Assembly: GCF_006345805.1 (NCBI RefSeq)
Contig: NC_043003.1
Span: 98,766,001-98,830,000 of the forward strand
Direction: 5' to 3'
Length of the DNA: 64,000 nt
Source of the DNA: Octopus sinensis
Lineage: Eukaryota
Both the position numbers and the translations under genes were made by a program. This document shows positions 1 through 12,510 of this stretch, one piece after another. The notes under the pieces were generated by a model that saw only the letters and a list, made by a program, of their open reading frames with translations, had not been told where the DNA came from and made no database searches. The stretch's first letter is position 1. Every line of letters starts with the position of its first letter.

Positions 1-1692
1 TGGTATCAAATTTTTGATGAGTATACGTGGAATCTAATTCTAGATGAGTATACTTGGTTTCAGATTGTAGATGAGTATACTTGGTATCAGATTATAGATG
101 AGTATAGTTGTTATGAGATTGTAGATGAGTATACTTTTGTTTCAGAATGTAGATGAGTATACATGGTATCAGATTATAGATGATTATACTTGGTATCAGA
201 ATGTAGATGAGTATACATGGTATCAAATTATTGGTGAGTATACGTGGTATCTAATACTAGATGAGTATACTTGGTATCATGTTGTAGATGAGTATACTTG
301 GTATCAGATTATAGATGAGTATAGTTGGTGTGAGATTGTAGATGAGTATACTTGGTATCAGAATGTAGATGAGTATGCATGGTATTTAATTATTGATGAG
401 TATACGTGGTATCTTATTCTAGATGAGTATACTTGGTATCATGTTGTAGATGAGTATACTTGGTATCAGATTATAGATGAGTATAGTTGGTATGAGATGG
501 TAGATGAGTATACTTAGTATCAGAATGTAGATGAGTATACATGGTATCAAATTATTGATGAGTATACTTGGTATCTAATTTTAGATGAGTATACTTGGTA
601 TCAGATTGTAGATGTGTATACTTGGTATCAGATTATAGATGAGTATAGTTGGTATGAGACTGTAGATGAGTATACTTGGTATCAGAATGTAGATGAGTAT
701 ACATGGTATCAAATTATTGATGAATATACGTGGTATCAAATTCTAGATGAGTATACTTGGTATTATGTTTTAGATGAGTATACTTGGTATCAGATTATAG
801 ATGAGTATAGTTGGTATGAGATTGTAGATGAGTATACTTGGTATCAGAATGTAGATGAGTATACATGGTATCAAATTATTGATGAGTATACGTGGTATCT
901 AATTCTAGATGAGTATACTTGGTATCATGTTGTAGATGAGTATACTTGGTATCAGATTATAGATGAGTATAGTTGGTATGAGATTGTAGATGAGTATACT
1001 TGGTATCAGAATGTCGATGAGTATACATGGTATCAGATTATAGATGAGTATACTTGGTATCAGACTATAGATCAGTATACTTGGTATCAGAATGTAGATG
1101 AGTATACATGGTATCAAATTATTGATGAGTATACGTGGTATCTAATTCTAGATGAGTATAGTTGGCATGAGATTGTAGATGAGTATACTTGGTATCAGAA
1201 TGTAGATGACTATACATGGTATCAGATTATAGATGAGTATACTTGGTATCAGAATATAGATGAGTGTAGTTGGTATGAGATTGTAGATGAGTATACATGG
1301 TATCAGAATGTAGATGAGTATACATGGTATCAAATTATTGATGAGTATACGTGGTATCTAATTCTAAATGAGTATACATGGTATCAGATTATAGATGAGT
1401 ATACTTGGTATCAGATTATAGATGAGTATAGTTGGTATGAGATTGTAGATGATTATACTTGGTATCAGAATGTAGATGAGTATACATGGTATCAAATTCT
1501 TGATGAGTATACGTGGTATCTAATTCTAGATGAGTATTCGTGGTATCATGTTGTAGATGAGTATATTTGGTATCAGATTATAGATGAGTATAGTTGGTAT
1601 AAGATTGTAGATGAGTATACTTGGTATCAGAATGTAGATGAGTATACATGCTATCAAATTATTGATGAGTATACGTGGTATCCAATTCTAGA
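1..1692 (+). repeat. 27-bp tandem satellite (consensus TGGTATCAGATTRTAGATGAGTATACT), about 62 units, with a 6-unit (162-bp) higher-order repeat; begins before the window start
   Basis: The unit is read directly. In translation the variants cycle QII(S)-EIV-QNV-QII-LIL-HVV. Most units contain the palindrome GTATAC. Confidence 0.95.
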
Positions 1693-2103
1693 TATTCTGA
1701 TAACAAGTATACTCATCTACCATCTCATACCAACTATACGCATCTATAATCTGATACCAAGTATACTCATCTACAACATAATACCAAGTATACTCATCTA
1801 GAATTAGATACCACGTATACTCACCAATAATTTGTTACCATGTATACTCATGTATATTCTGAAAACAAGTATACTTATCTACAATCTCATACCAACTATA
1901 CTCATCTATAATTTGATACCAAGTATACTCATCTACAACATGATACCATGTATACTCATCTAGAATTAGATACCACGTATACTCATCAATATTATACTCA
2001 TCTACAACATGATACCAAGTATACTCATTCTAGAATTAGATGCCACCTATACTCATCAATAATTTGATACCATGTATACTCATCTACATTCTGATACCAA
2101 GTA
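1693..2103 (-). repeat. Same 27-bp satellite in inverted orientation (about 15 units), ending in (TA)n
   Basis: Units read AGTATACTCATCTAYAATCTGATACCA, the reverse complement of the forward unit, after the switch at TTCTAGATATTCTG. Confidence 0.93.
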
Positions 2104-2118
2104 TATATATATATATAT

Positions 2119-2461
<343 letters not shown>

Positions 2462-2993
2462 TATAGATAAGTAGATAGATACAAATATACATATACACAC
2501 GCATTCACACGCACACACACACATATACACACATATGTATATACATACATATATACACACACAAATGCATACAGACAGACACATATATATATACATATGT
2601 AAAATATATATACAATCATTTTTTACAGGCTTATGCTATTTCTTTTAACTTCTGTCAAGTTTTTTTTTTTATTTATCATTCCTTTTTCATTTTATCAATT
2701 TGAATTTTGTGTCTCTTTTTTTTCTTGATCCCAACTTCTTTAACTTATCTTCTTCTCTTCCTCCTCCTCGCCCCTCTACTTTGCCTTCTGCTCTTTCTCC
2801 ATTTTCTTTCATTTTCCTATAGAATTTTTTCTAGTCTCTTCTTCGCAACTTTCAGCAGATGGTATCCTCATAGAAATTACACATATTATAACTTACATAC
2901 ATAAATACATACATATAAACACACGTGAGCGCGCACGCACACACACACACACACACATTTATGCGTACATACGTATTATAAATATATATATTT

Positions 2994-3036
<43 letters not shown>

Positions 3037-3430
3037 TTAACATGCATAAGTATTATATATATATGTATATATATATATATGAATGATGATAATAAAACTG
3101 AGATGTAATGAGGCAAATAATAAGAATAATAATAAAAAATACGAAATATACACACAAACTGTCAATCCAACGAAAGCAGCAACAACAACAACAACAGCTA
3201 ACCCATAAGACAAAAATAACACCAACAACATCAGTAGCGAAAAAGAAAAGGAAAAGAACAGGAATTTTCTTCTCTCCTCTTTTATGTTTTCAAGACATAT
3301 TTTATATCGGATATTCATGTAAGAAACTATCAAGGGACGTTTTTTGGTATAGACAGTGGAACCTCAAAATAACAGTAACAACAGCAACACCACCAGTAAC
3401 AACACCAAAAGCAACAATTCTACCACCACA

Positions 3431-3492
<62 letters not shown>

Positions 3493-3632
3493 TATAAGGC
3501 AAAAAAATTAACAAAAACTACTAGAGAGAGAACAAAACAAGAGACAATTTGTTTAACAGACATTTTTTCTTCTTATTTTCAGTGTAAATGTCCCCGAGAC
3601 CACTTAGCAATCTGTTGTTACTGACATAGTGC

Positions 3633-3709
<77 letters not shown>

Positions 3710-3846
3710 GTGAGTGTTACAGATGATGCAATAAATTAGACATCCTTCAGCTGGAGCTCTAAAAGATATTACTAATGATAGCAGTAATAAAAACGATAAT
3801 AATAAATATTAATTACTACTACTACTATAGTAGTAGTAGTATATAT

Positions 3847-3882
<36 letters not shown>

Positions 3883-3911
3883 GTAGTATATATATATATA
3901 TATATATATAA

Positions 3912-4297
3912 TTATGTGAAATAGAAAGATGAATAATCTTGTAGTAGATTAATCAAAAGTTTAACCGATACCTTAGTAGCAAGAATCACAGCAGTGAACA
4001 GCACGGTTGGAGGTACAACCATCTGGCGTTGCAACCGTGCGTTGGTGCGGATAATTGAAATTAAAACATTATTGGTGATTGAAGAAGAAATGGAGCTGAA
4101 CGCAGATTGAACAGAAATCGTTTTATTTCATTCTACACGTGTTTCGAAGGCACAAATTACCAAAATCCGATTGAATAATGGGACCATATTGTGTCTTTCT
4201 CTTCAGAAGAAAAAAAGGAAATCCGTTGGAAAAACAAAAACAGAACAGAGGAAGAGCAAAAAACAAATCGAACTGTGCTCCTAAGAGCCCATGGCGA
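3912..4297 (-). mobile_element. Non-coding Penelope pseudo-LTR-like element carrying a hammerhead fold; same family as 16206-16555
   Basis: Shares GTTAACCGATACC..GTAGCAA, CACGGTTG, TGTTTCGAAGGC and the terminal GAGCCCATGGCGA with the 16.2-kb copy. Sits next to (TA)n. Confidence 0.65.
4126..4212 (-). ncRNA. Mirror-image hammerhead fold in the left arm of the inverted repeat
   Basis: The minus strand reads TTTCTT-CTGAAGA-GAAAGACACA...TGTGCCTTC-GAAA-CACGTG-TA-GAATG. Stems are slightly weaker than in the right arm. Confidence 0.6.
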
Positions 4298-4385
4298 AAC
4301 TCTCGCCATGGGCTCTTAGGAGCACAGTTCGATTTGTTTTTTGCTCTGCCTCTGTTCTGTTTTTGTTTTTCCAACGGATTTCCTT

Positions 4386-4474
4386 TTTTCTTCCTGAAGA
4401 GAAAGACACATATGGTCCCATTATTCAATCGGATTTTGGTAATTTGTGCCTTTCGAAACACGTGTAGAATGAAA
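4386..4474 (+). ncRNA. Minimal type I hammerhead ribozyme fold (GUA cleavage triplet)
   Basis: TTC-CTGAAGA (4394-4400), stem II GAAAGACACA/TGTGCCTTTC, GAAA (4455-4458), palindromic CACGTG, TA, then GAA pairing with TTC to form stem I. Confidence 0.7.
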
Positions 4475-4489
4475 TAAAACGATTCTGTT

Positions 4490-4574
<85 letters not shown>

Positions 4575-4769
4575 AAAAGATAGATAAATAGATAAATACA
4601 AAACACATACACACATATATATATATATATACATACATATACACACACAAATGCATACAGACAGACACATATGCATACATATGTAAAATATATACACTAC
4701 TACTACTACTACAACTACTACTACTACTACTACTACTGCAACTATGTATATTTGAAACAATTATTATTC

Positions 4770-5537
4770 AGTGAGAGAGCTGCACATTACCATCAAATCG
4801 ACACTGGGGTGCAAATATATGAAGCCCAATATACCCATCATGACTACCCATGTAATAAAAGTACACCAGGCACATGCATCACAACCATATGTGCGCGAGA
4901 TGATGAACTCACACAAAGATAAACAGAGCATGACCTTGCTGATGGGGTCCAGTTATTAGAATCTTCTTCAATTGGAGTAGCATCATCTCGCTCAAAAGAT
5001 CCTTGAATAAGGATTCTTTAGCGATGGTGAACGAAACATCCATGTTTCCAGAGATGAATTATTCAAACCCCAAAGAATTCCTTATAACACATGGCTATGA
5101 TGCTCCCTTATTACTTCTGCTCGTGATATGAGATACACATATGGTCAGACACTAAGGGATCAAACAACTGACAAATCTGTGAAAATTATTATTATTATTG
5201 AGTGAGAGAGCAGTACATGCCATCAAAGTGACACTGGGGCAAAATATACGAAGCCCAGTATACCCATCATGACTACCCATCTGATTAGGGTACACTAGGC
5301 CCATGCATCAAAACCATATGTGCGCGACATGGTGATCTCATATCAAGATAAACAGCACATGACCTTGCAGGTGGGGCCCAGTTAGAATTTTCTTCTGGTC
5401 GAGTAACCCATCCCGCTCAAAAGATCCCTGAATAAGGATTGTTTAAGGATGTTGAACCAAACACCCATGTTTCCAGAGGTGAATTATTCAAACCCCAAAT
5501 AATTCCCCTCAACACATGGCTATGATGCTCATTATTA

Positions 5538-5586
<49 letters not shown>

Positions 5587-6137
5587 GAGTGAGAGAGCAG
5601 TTCATGCCATCAAAGTGACACTGGGGTAAAATATACGAAGCCCAATATACCCATCATGACTACCCGTCTGATAAAGGTACACCAGGCACATGCATCACAA
5701 CCATATGTGCGCGACATGGTGATCTCATATCAAGATAAACAGCACATGACCTTGCAGGTGGGGCCCAGTTAGAATTTTCTTCAGGTTGAGTAGCCCATCC
5801 TGCTCAAAAGGTCCCTGAATAGGGTTGCTTTAGGATGTTGAACGAAACACCTATGTTTCCAGAGTTGAATTATTCAAACCCCAAAGAATCCCTCTCAACA
5901 CATGGCCATGATGCTCCCCCACTACTTCTGCTCGTGATCAGAGATGCATATATCGTCAGCCACTAAGGGACATACTCAACTGGTTAAGGTCAAACAACTG
6001 ACAAGCAAATCTGTGGTATTGAGCAGAATATTTGCTGTAGCCCATTTTTTATACCAAGACAAAACAATGTACATGATAACACTTCAATCAGTTAAGATCA
6101 AAGCCATGAGAGCCACTGCCTGGTACTGCATCAGGGC

Positions 6138-6195
<58 letters not shown>

Positions 6196-6754
6196 GAGTG
6201 AGAGAGCAGTTCATGCCATCAAAGTGACACTGGGGTAAAATATACGAAGCCCAATATACCCATCATGACTACCCGTCTGATAAAGGTACACCAGGCACAT
6301 GCATCACAACCATATGTGCGCGACATGGTGATCTCATATCAAGATAAACAGCACATGACCTTGCAGGTGGGGCCCAGTTAGAATTTTCTTCAGGTTGAGT
6401 AGCCCATCCTGCTCAAAAGGTCCCTGAATAAGGGTTGCTTTAGGATGTTGAACGAAACACCTATGTTTCCAGAGTTGAATTATTCAAACCCCAAAGAATC
6501 CCTCTCAACACATGGCCATGATGCTCCCCCACTACTTCTGCTCGTGATCAGAGATGCATATATCGTCAGCCACTAAGGGACATACTCAACTGGTTAAGGT
6601 CAAACAACTGACAAGCAAATCTGTGGTATTGAGCAGAATATTTGCTGTAGCCCATTTTTTATACCAAGACTAAACAATGTACATGATAACACTTCCAATC
6701 AGTTAAGATCAGAAGCCATGAGAGCCACTGCCTGGTACTGCATCAGGGCATTTA

Positions 6755-6829
<75 letters not shown>

Positions 6830-7845
6830 CATCATCATTACTTTTAATTTATTAATTGAGAGACCAGTGCATGTCATCAAATTGACACTGGGATAAAATA
6901 TACAAAGCCCAGTATACCCATCATGACTACCCGTCTGATAACGGTATACCAGGCACTAACAAATTTTCTGTCTCCCTTTTCACCCTACCTTTCTGTAACC
7001 ATAATCATGTCTCACTCACTAGTACTATTTGCTGCGGCTATCTTTGGGAACCCACCATGCAACAACTTCTCCTGCCAGTTAGATAGTTCTGTTCTTTTTT
7101 CTGGTTTTTAACTTCGTTTGGTTTTGGTTTCCCTATGTTTTGCTGTGACTCTAACAGTTTTCAATAAACGTTCTTCACTATTACCTACATCGGGGTCTAT
7201 ATCTACTCTAGCTAACACCTACAAACTCTATTATTTTTGCTATTGTTATTATTATTGTTATTGAGTGAGAAAGCAGTGCATGCCATCAAAGTGACACTGG
7301 GGTAAAATATACGAAGCCCAGTATACCCATCATAACTACCCGTCTGATAAGGGTACACTAGGCACATGCATCACAACCATATGTGCGCAACATGGTGATC
7401 TCATATCAAGATAAACAGCGCATGACCTTACAGGTGGGGCCCAGTTAGAATTTTCTTCTGGTCGAGTAACCCATCCCGCTCAAAAGGTCCCTGAATAAGG
7501 GTTGTTTAAGGATGTTGAACGAAACACCCATGTTTTCAGATGCGAATTGTTCAAACCTCAAAGAATCCCTCTCAACACATGGCTATCATGCTCCCCCACT
7601 ACTTCAGCTCGTGATCAGAGATGCATATATCGTCAGCCAGTAAGGGACATGCTCAACTGGTTATGGTCAACCAACTGACAAGCAAATCTGTGGTATTGAG
7701 CAGAATATTTGCTGTAGCCCATCTTTTATACCAAGACAAAACAATGTACATGATAACACTTCCAATCAGTTAATGCTCCCACACTACTGCAGCTCGTGAT
7801 CAGAGATGCACATATCGTCAGCCACTAAGGGACATGCTCAACTGT
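4770..7845 (-). mobile_element. Tandem cluster of a ~555-bp non-autonomous (TAA)n-inserted retroelement: copies at ~4770-5183, 5200-5530, 5587-6138, 6196-6750, 6858-6958, 7263-7773 and a partial repeat 7774-7845
   Basis: Copies begin on + with (ATT)n-GAGTGAGAGAGCAG or a degenerate version. Full copies end ...GCATCAGGGCA-(TTA)n. Truncation affects only the right end, which is 5' on the minus strand. Confidence 0.9.
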
Positions 7846-7867
7846 TATTATTATTATTATTATTAAT

Positions 7868-7947
<80 letters not shown>

Positions 7948-7971
7948 TATTATTATTATCATTGTCATTTA

Positions 7972-9457
7972 CTTTTAATCTGCATGTTTGATGCAATCAC
8001 TTGCCGGAGCACACCTAGCGCCCTAGGGCAAGTGAAGGTTAAGAGTTGTTGAAATATAGCTGAAAGCTTGGGGAGGGGAAGTAGAGAAATATCTCCATGT
8101 AATACAAACACAAACATTTACATTGATAGGGTTTTTCTAAGGATGTGGGCAGTACAATCTTTTGGATTTCCTTGAGACATAGTTCTCCAGGGATATTGTC
8201 TAGGAGTTTCTGACATCCCTTTTTTATCATACCTAGGGCACCTACAATAACAGGAACAGTTTTTGTTTTAAGATTCCACATCTTTTGTATTTCGATTTCC
8301 AGGTCCTTATATTTACTAAGTTTTTCAAATTCCTTTACAGATATATTTTTATCAGTAGGGACGCTTACCTCTATTAGTCTGCAGGTATTTTCTTCCCTGT
8401 CTTTAACAATTATGTCTGGTCGATTAGCCTTGATCGTTCTGTCAGTGTTGACTGGAAAATCCCAGAGGATGGTGACATCCTTACCTTCAGCAACTGGTTG
8501 AGGATGGTGTTCATACCAGTTAGCAGGAGTGTCGAATTTGTAGTATTTACATATCTTCCAATGTATATACTGTCCTACCCTATCGTGGCGATTTTTGTAT
8601 TCGTTTGGTGTCAGCACAGGACATACCGAAACGAGATGGTCTATCGTTTCGTCAAACGTGTCGCAGAATCTGCATTTAGGGTCAGTACCGTTTCGGAGAA
8701 CGTTAGCCTGGTAATTTCTGGTAAACAAGCTTTGATCTTGTGCTGCCAGTATGAAGCCTTCAGTCTCTGCTTTCAATCCAGAACTCTTCAGCCACTGATG
8801 GGTTGTTGCTTGGTCTACATCAGCATTTTGGCTTCGGAGAATATATTGTCCATGCAGGGGCTTCTGGCTCCACCGCCTCTCAATTTGATTCTGCCCGTTC
8901 TTTTTTGCAGTCTGCTTGATTCGCTTTGCTTGCTTAGTAGCAGTGGTTTCCGACTCTTCATCTGATTCAAGGTTAATATCTAGTTCCCTTTCGAACTTAT
9001 AGGCTTCCTTGACAATAGAATGCAGCTTTTTGCTGCTTTCGTGTTCGCACACAAGTCGCAGCATCCAGTCCTTTGTACTAGATAGGTACCTGTTCATTCC
9101 TACAGTAGAGGTCTTATAGCACAGCTCCAATTGCATCATTCCTCTCCCCCCGCTACATCTAGGTAGGTACAGGCGGTCTACATCTGCCTTAGGGTGGTGC
9201 ATGCTCTTGGATGTCAGTAATTTTCTTGCCTTCCTGTCCAAGCGTTGGAGTTCCGTAAGGTTCCAGTTAATGATGTTAAAACTGTACTGGACTACTGGAA
9301 GCGCCAGGGTGTTAATGGCCTCAATGCAATTTTTGGAGTTGAGTTCAGTCTTCAGTACAAGCCTTATTCTCCTATAGTATTCCTTTCTTATTTTTTCCTT
9401 CATAGTAGCATGATGTATACCATCTCCTTCGTTGATTCCTAGGTATTTGTAACTTTT
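7972..9457 (-). mobile_element. 5'-truncated R4/Dong-clade non-LTR retrotransposon (RLE type) in a (TAA)n/(TGA)n tract
   Basis: Begins at the RT motif YKYLGI, contains ORF 8039-9403 and a short 3' UTR ending in (TAA)n. Confidence 0.92.
8039..9403 (-). pseudogene. C-terminal RT/thumb, CCHC zinc knuckle and restriction-like endonuclease of the R4/Dong ORF; small frameshift near the C-terminus
   Basis: HPKADVDRLYLPR..GGRG; CRFC..ETIDHLVSVC; RHD; PDIIV..LIEVSVP..EKLSKYKDL. The normal ending TAHILRKTLSM* lies in another frame. Confidence 0.9.
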
Positions 9458-9470
9458 ATTATTATTATTA

Positions 9471-9553
<83 letters not shown>

Positions 9554-9629
9554 CATCATCATTGCTGTAGCCCATCTTTTATACCAAGACAAAACAATGT
9601 GCACGATAACACTTCCAATTAGTTATGAT

Positions 9630-10305
9630 CCTTTTGGATTACAAGTCACCAACACCTATCGCCTGAGCCATCCATGAACTTTCGAATGATCTTCCCCGTT
9701 CTTAACAAGCAGGCCAGTTGTGTATTCGCTAAATGTTTCTCGTCTGTCCACTCTTTGAGCTTCTTTCTCGTCTGTTGTAAGGCTCTAACGACTTCAGATT
9801 TTCTGCAACCCCATAATCTGCTAATCTCTCACTTCAGGTCCTGGTATATATCAAACCTTGTTGATTTCCTTTTCTTGGAATAGGAGGGGAAAATGGGAAT
9901 TCTCAAACACGAAGCTGAAGGATTAATTTTTGCCCCTCGGGCCCAAGCCGTCTGGACAGATAGTGAAAAATGTTGAGCAGGACTCAACGTATTGCCATTA
10001 TGCAGCGTAAGCAATAAACAGGAAGAGACAGTCACCCACATAGTAAATGAATGTTCCAGACTCCAAAGAACCAGTAAAAATTTTGGAGACATGTTAATGT
10101 TGCTAAGATCAAACAAAGGGAAATGTGTAAGAAGAATCGGTTTCCATTACGCCATAAGTGGTATGAGCATGCATCTGAAAAAGTGACTGAGAATGGTGAG
10201 TTTAAAATTCTTTGGGACTTTCCTATCCAAACACAGAACCGGATTTTGTCGTTTGATAGAAGAGAACGGTATCGCTAGATAATTGATCCATTTGATACAA
10301 GATTA
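9630..10305. mobile_element. Degraded R4/Dong fragment with an internal inversion (3' part on minus 9630-9880; upstream part on plus 9882-10305)
   Basis: Plus: EETVTHIVNEC, KWYEH..EKVTEN..KILWDFPIQT, PFDTR. Minus (across frameshifts): QEKEINK..YQDLK.EISRLW..QLACLLRTGKIIRK. Confidence 0.8.
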
Positions 10306-12209
10306 TTGTTAGTTCTATTGTTGTTGTTTGTATATGACTACTATTTTGTCTGTGAGTTGTAACATTTTGGTTATTAAAAATTTACTCTGTGAAAATATTC
10401 CTTTCGATTACTTTTCAAACATAATTATTTTTTTTACAAATAGAGGACGTTGATATATCAGTACGTCAACCATAACACTTAAAATAGACAAACAACTAAT
10501 TACAAAAAATAGAGTTACAATGAATACGCCCCTTCGAAAGAAGACAGTCACATTTAATCTTTCAAGGCAAGAAAAATAATTTAGAATGGATAAACAGATT
10601 GCGAAAATGACAAACGCGAAACAAACCTTGAAACAGGAGAGATGTACTCTCAAATACAATCAAACCAATTAAGATGATATAATCAAAACCAAAGCACCCA
10701 AAAACAACAACAACACTACATACTCGCACACATATCACAGGCACGACTGGATGAAGGCTATATTATTTACTAAAATAGCGATCATTAGAGTAGAGCATAT
10801 GAAGCCAGCATTGGTTTTTGCCATAAGGAATAGTTTACTATTTAATCTATATTTCACACTGGCTGGCATGAGTGAAATTTTAACGAAATTTAAATTGCTT
10901 TTACGAAGAGCCACTTTGTCACATTTGTGAGTTAATATTTATCCCCACTTATCGGCTTTTGGGGGTACAAAATGCACTCTTATTTAGCGATATAAACAGG
11001 AGTGCATTTTGCACAAAAAGCCAGTATGAGAGTTTCTCTCATGGCATTTGCCACAGTATACTCTGGTCTAACAGAACATTTACGTTTAAGCGTAGATAAA
11101 TATTACCTCTCGGTTTTCTGTCTTTAATATAAATGTTTTTGAATATCTAAGCATCAGCTCGATCATCTGGTGTCCAGGAAAGAGAACATTGTTATCAGAT
11201 ATTAGATCACGTACATATTAAACAATCGAACAAGACTATGTCTTTCTAATTGGTTGGTTTAATCTAAAAATTACTGGTAATAAGTAATCGGGAACCATAG
11301 AACTAATTGCAAAGCATCAGACTTCTTGTGGAGAACTGATTGTAAAACACCAAATTTCTTTGCGTGTGGAACATGACTGTGTCAAAACAAATACTGTCTT
11401 CCTCCAGAAGGAAAATATAAAACCGCTTGGGTGAATCTGCATAACCTATTTTACCTTTTATAGTCAAAGAGAGGTCAGCGTTCATGGTTCCTGTTTTTCC
11501 CAGAGCCTTGTACGACAAGTAAGAGGAATATAGAAATTTAATCTCAAACCAGAAACCTAGCCTTAATGCTTGTAACAGTGTGGATGTGGATTCTGCTCAA
11601 AGCTTCCAACAAGCACATAATGCTATTAAATGAGATGACAAATTAAGTTTATTACTCAAGAACTCAGCTCTCAGAACACAAAGCGCCGGGAGAGATAACG
11701 AAAAATATCATGTATACCGATTTAGCAATTCTGCCAACCGCAGCTCTAGAATTATATTATCTAACTCGAATGGTGGGAATACAAAGTTGACTCTAATGGG
11801 ATTTGAATGCAATAGGAGAGTCAGAACAAATACCACGAGGTATTTTGTTTACCAATTTACCACCAATTCATCAGCAGAGGTGTCTATCTTAAAGATGTCC
11901 TACTTACCAGTGAAATGAACAAAGTTAAGTGTTGGAGAGACGACCGCATGATAATAACAAAGGTCAGATCACAAGCGTTCCACATATAGCCTCCATGAGT
12001 ACCAAACCGCAAAAGTTTCAGTTGATGAAATCATGTTCTATAGTCTCTAAAAGCTTAAGAGACAGTCATTGCCGCCGAAGTTGGCATGGACTTCAAATTG
12101 ACGTCTTAAAGTTCAATAATATCATACGGCTGCACACACACACACACACACAAAGATAAATTGTGTGGGCAAATAAAAATATGAGATACTTCCTAGTGTT
12201 TTTTATTTT

Positions 12210-12510
12210 TATTTTGATAAGCCTGGTACTTACTCTATCAGTTTCTTCCTGTGAAACAAGTAATAAACGAATACCAGTTGTGAGGCAGTAATGAGAGAGA
12301 AACACAAAGACACACAAACAGACTTACATATATACATACATATATATATACGATCGATTTCTTTCAGTTTCTGTCTACACAATCCACTGACAAGGCTTTG
12401 GTTGGTCTGAGGTTATAGTAGAAGACATATGCCATGTCACCACACGGTGGGACTGAACCCAGGACCATGTGTTTTGGAACGAGGTCTGTTACCACACAGC
12501 CACACCTGCA
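12210..12510 (-). mobile_element. Degenerate tRNA-derived CORE-like SINE
   Basis: Matches the family at 27525 (TTTCAGTTTCTGTCTAC, CAAGGCTTTGG, GGGACTGAACCC, TACCACACAGCC). Confidence 0.8.

Larger units (their letters stand above)
4108..4491. repeat. Near-perfect inverted repeat (arms about 190 bp, 5-nt loop at ~4298-4302)
   Basis: Centre reads ...GAGCCCATGGCGA-AACTC-TCGCCATGGGCTC...; mirrored ORFs 4123-4461(-) and 4178-4477(+). Confidence 0.95.

Noticed and set aside
1-2103. CRISPR-like look of conserved GATGAGTATACTTGGTAT blocks with variable inserts
   Set aside because: The variable part is only about 9 bp and recurs periodically. There are no unique spacers or cas genes, and the context is eukaryotic.
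3815-3842. Perfect palindrome (TAC)n-TA-(TAG)n
   Set aside because: A short microsatellite inversion with no further structure.
6960-7230. Possible solo LTR (TGTAAC..AATAAA..CTAACA)
   Set aside because: No target-site duplication and only a weak terminal inverted repeat.
8498-8965. 155-aa plus-strand ORF
   Set aside because: It is the antisense shadow of the Dong LINE ORF.
10440-10830. Possible further Dong RT N-terminal fragment
   Set aside because: Only faint motif resemblance with many stops; it cannot be supported without a profile search.
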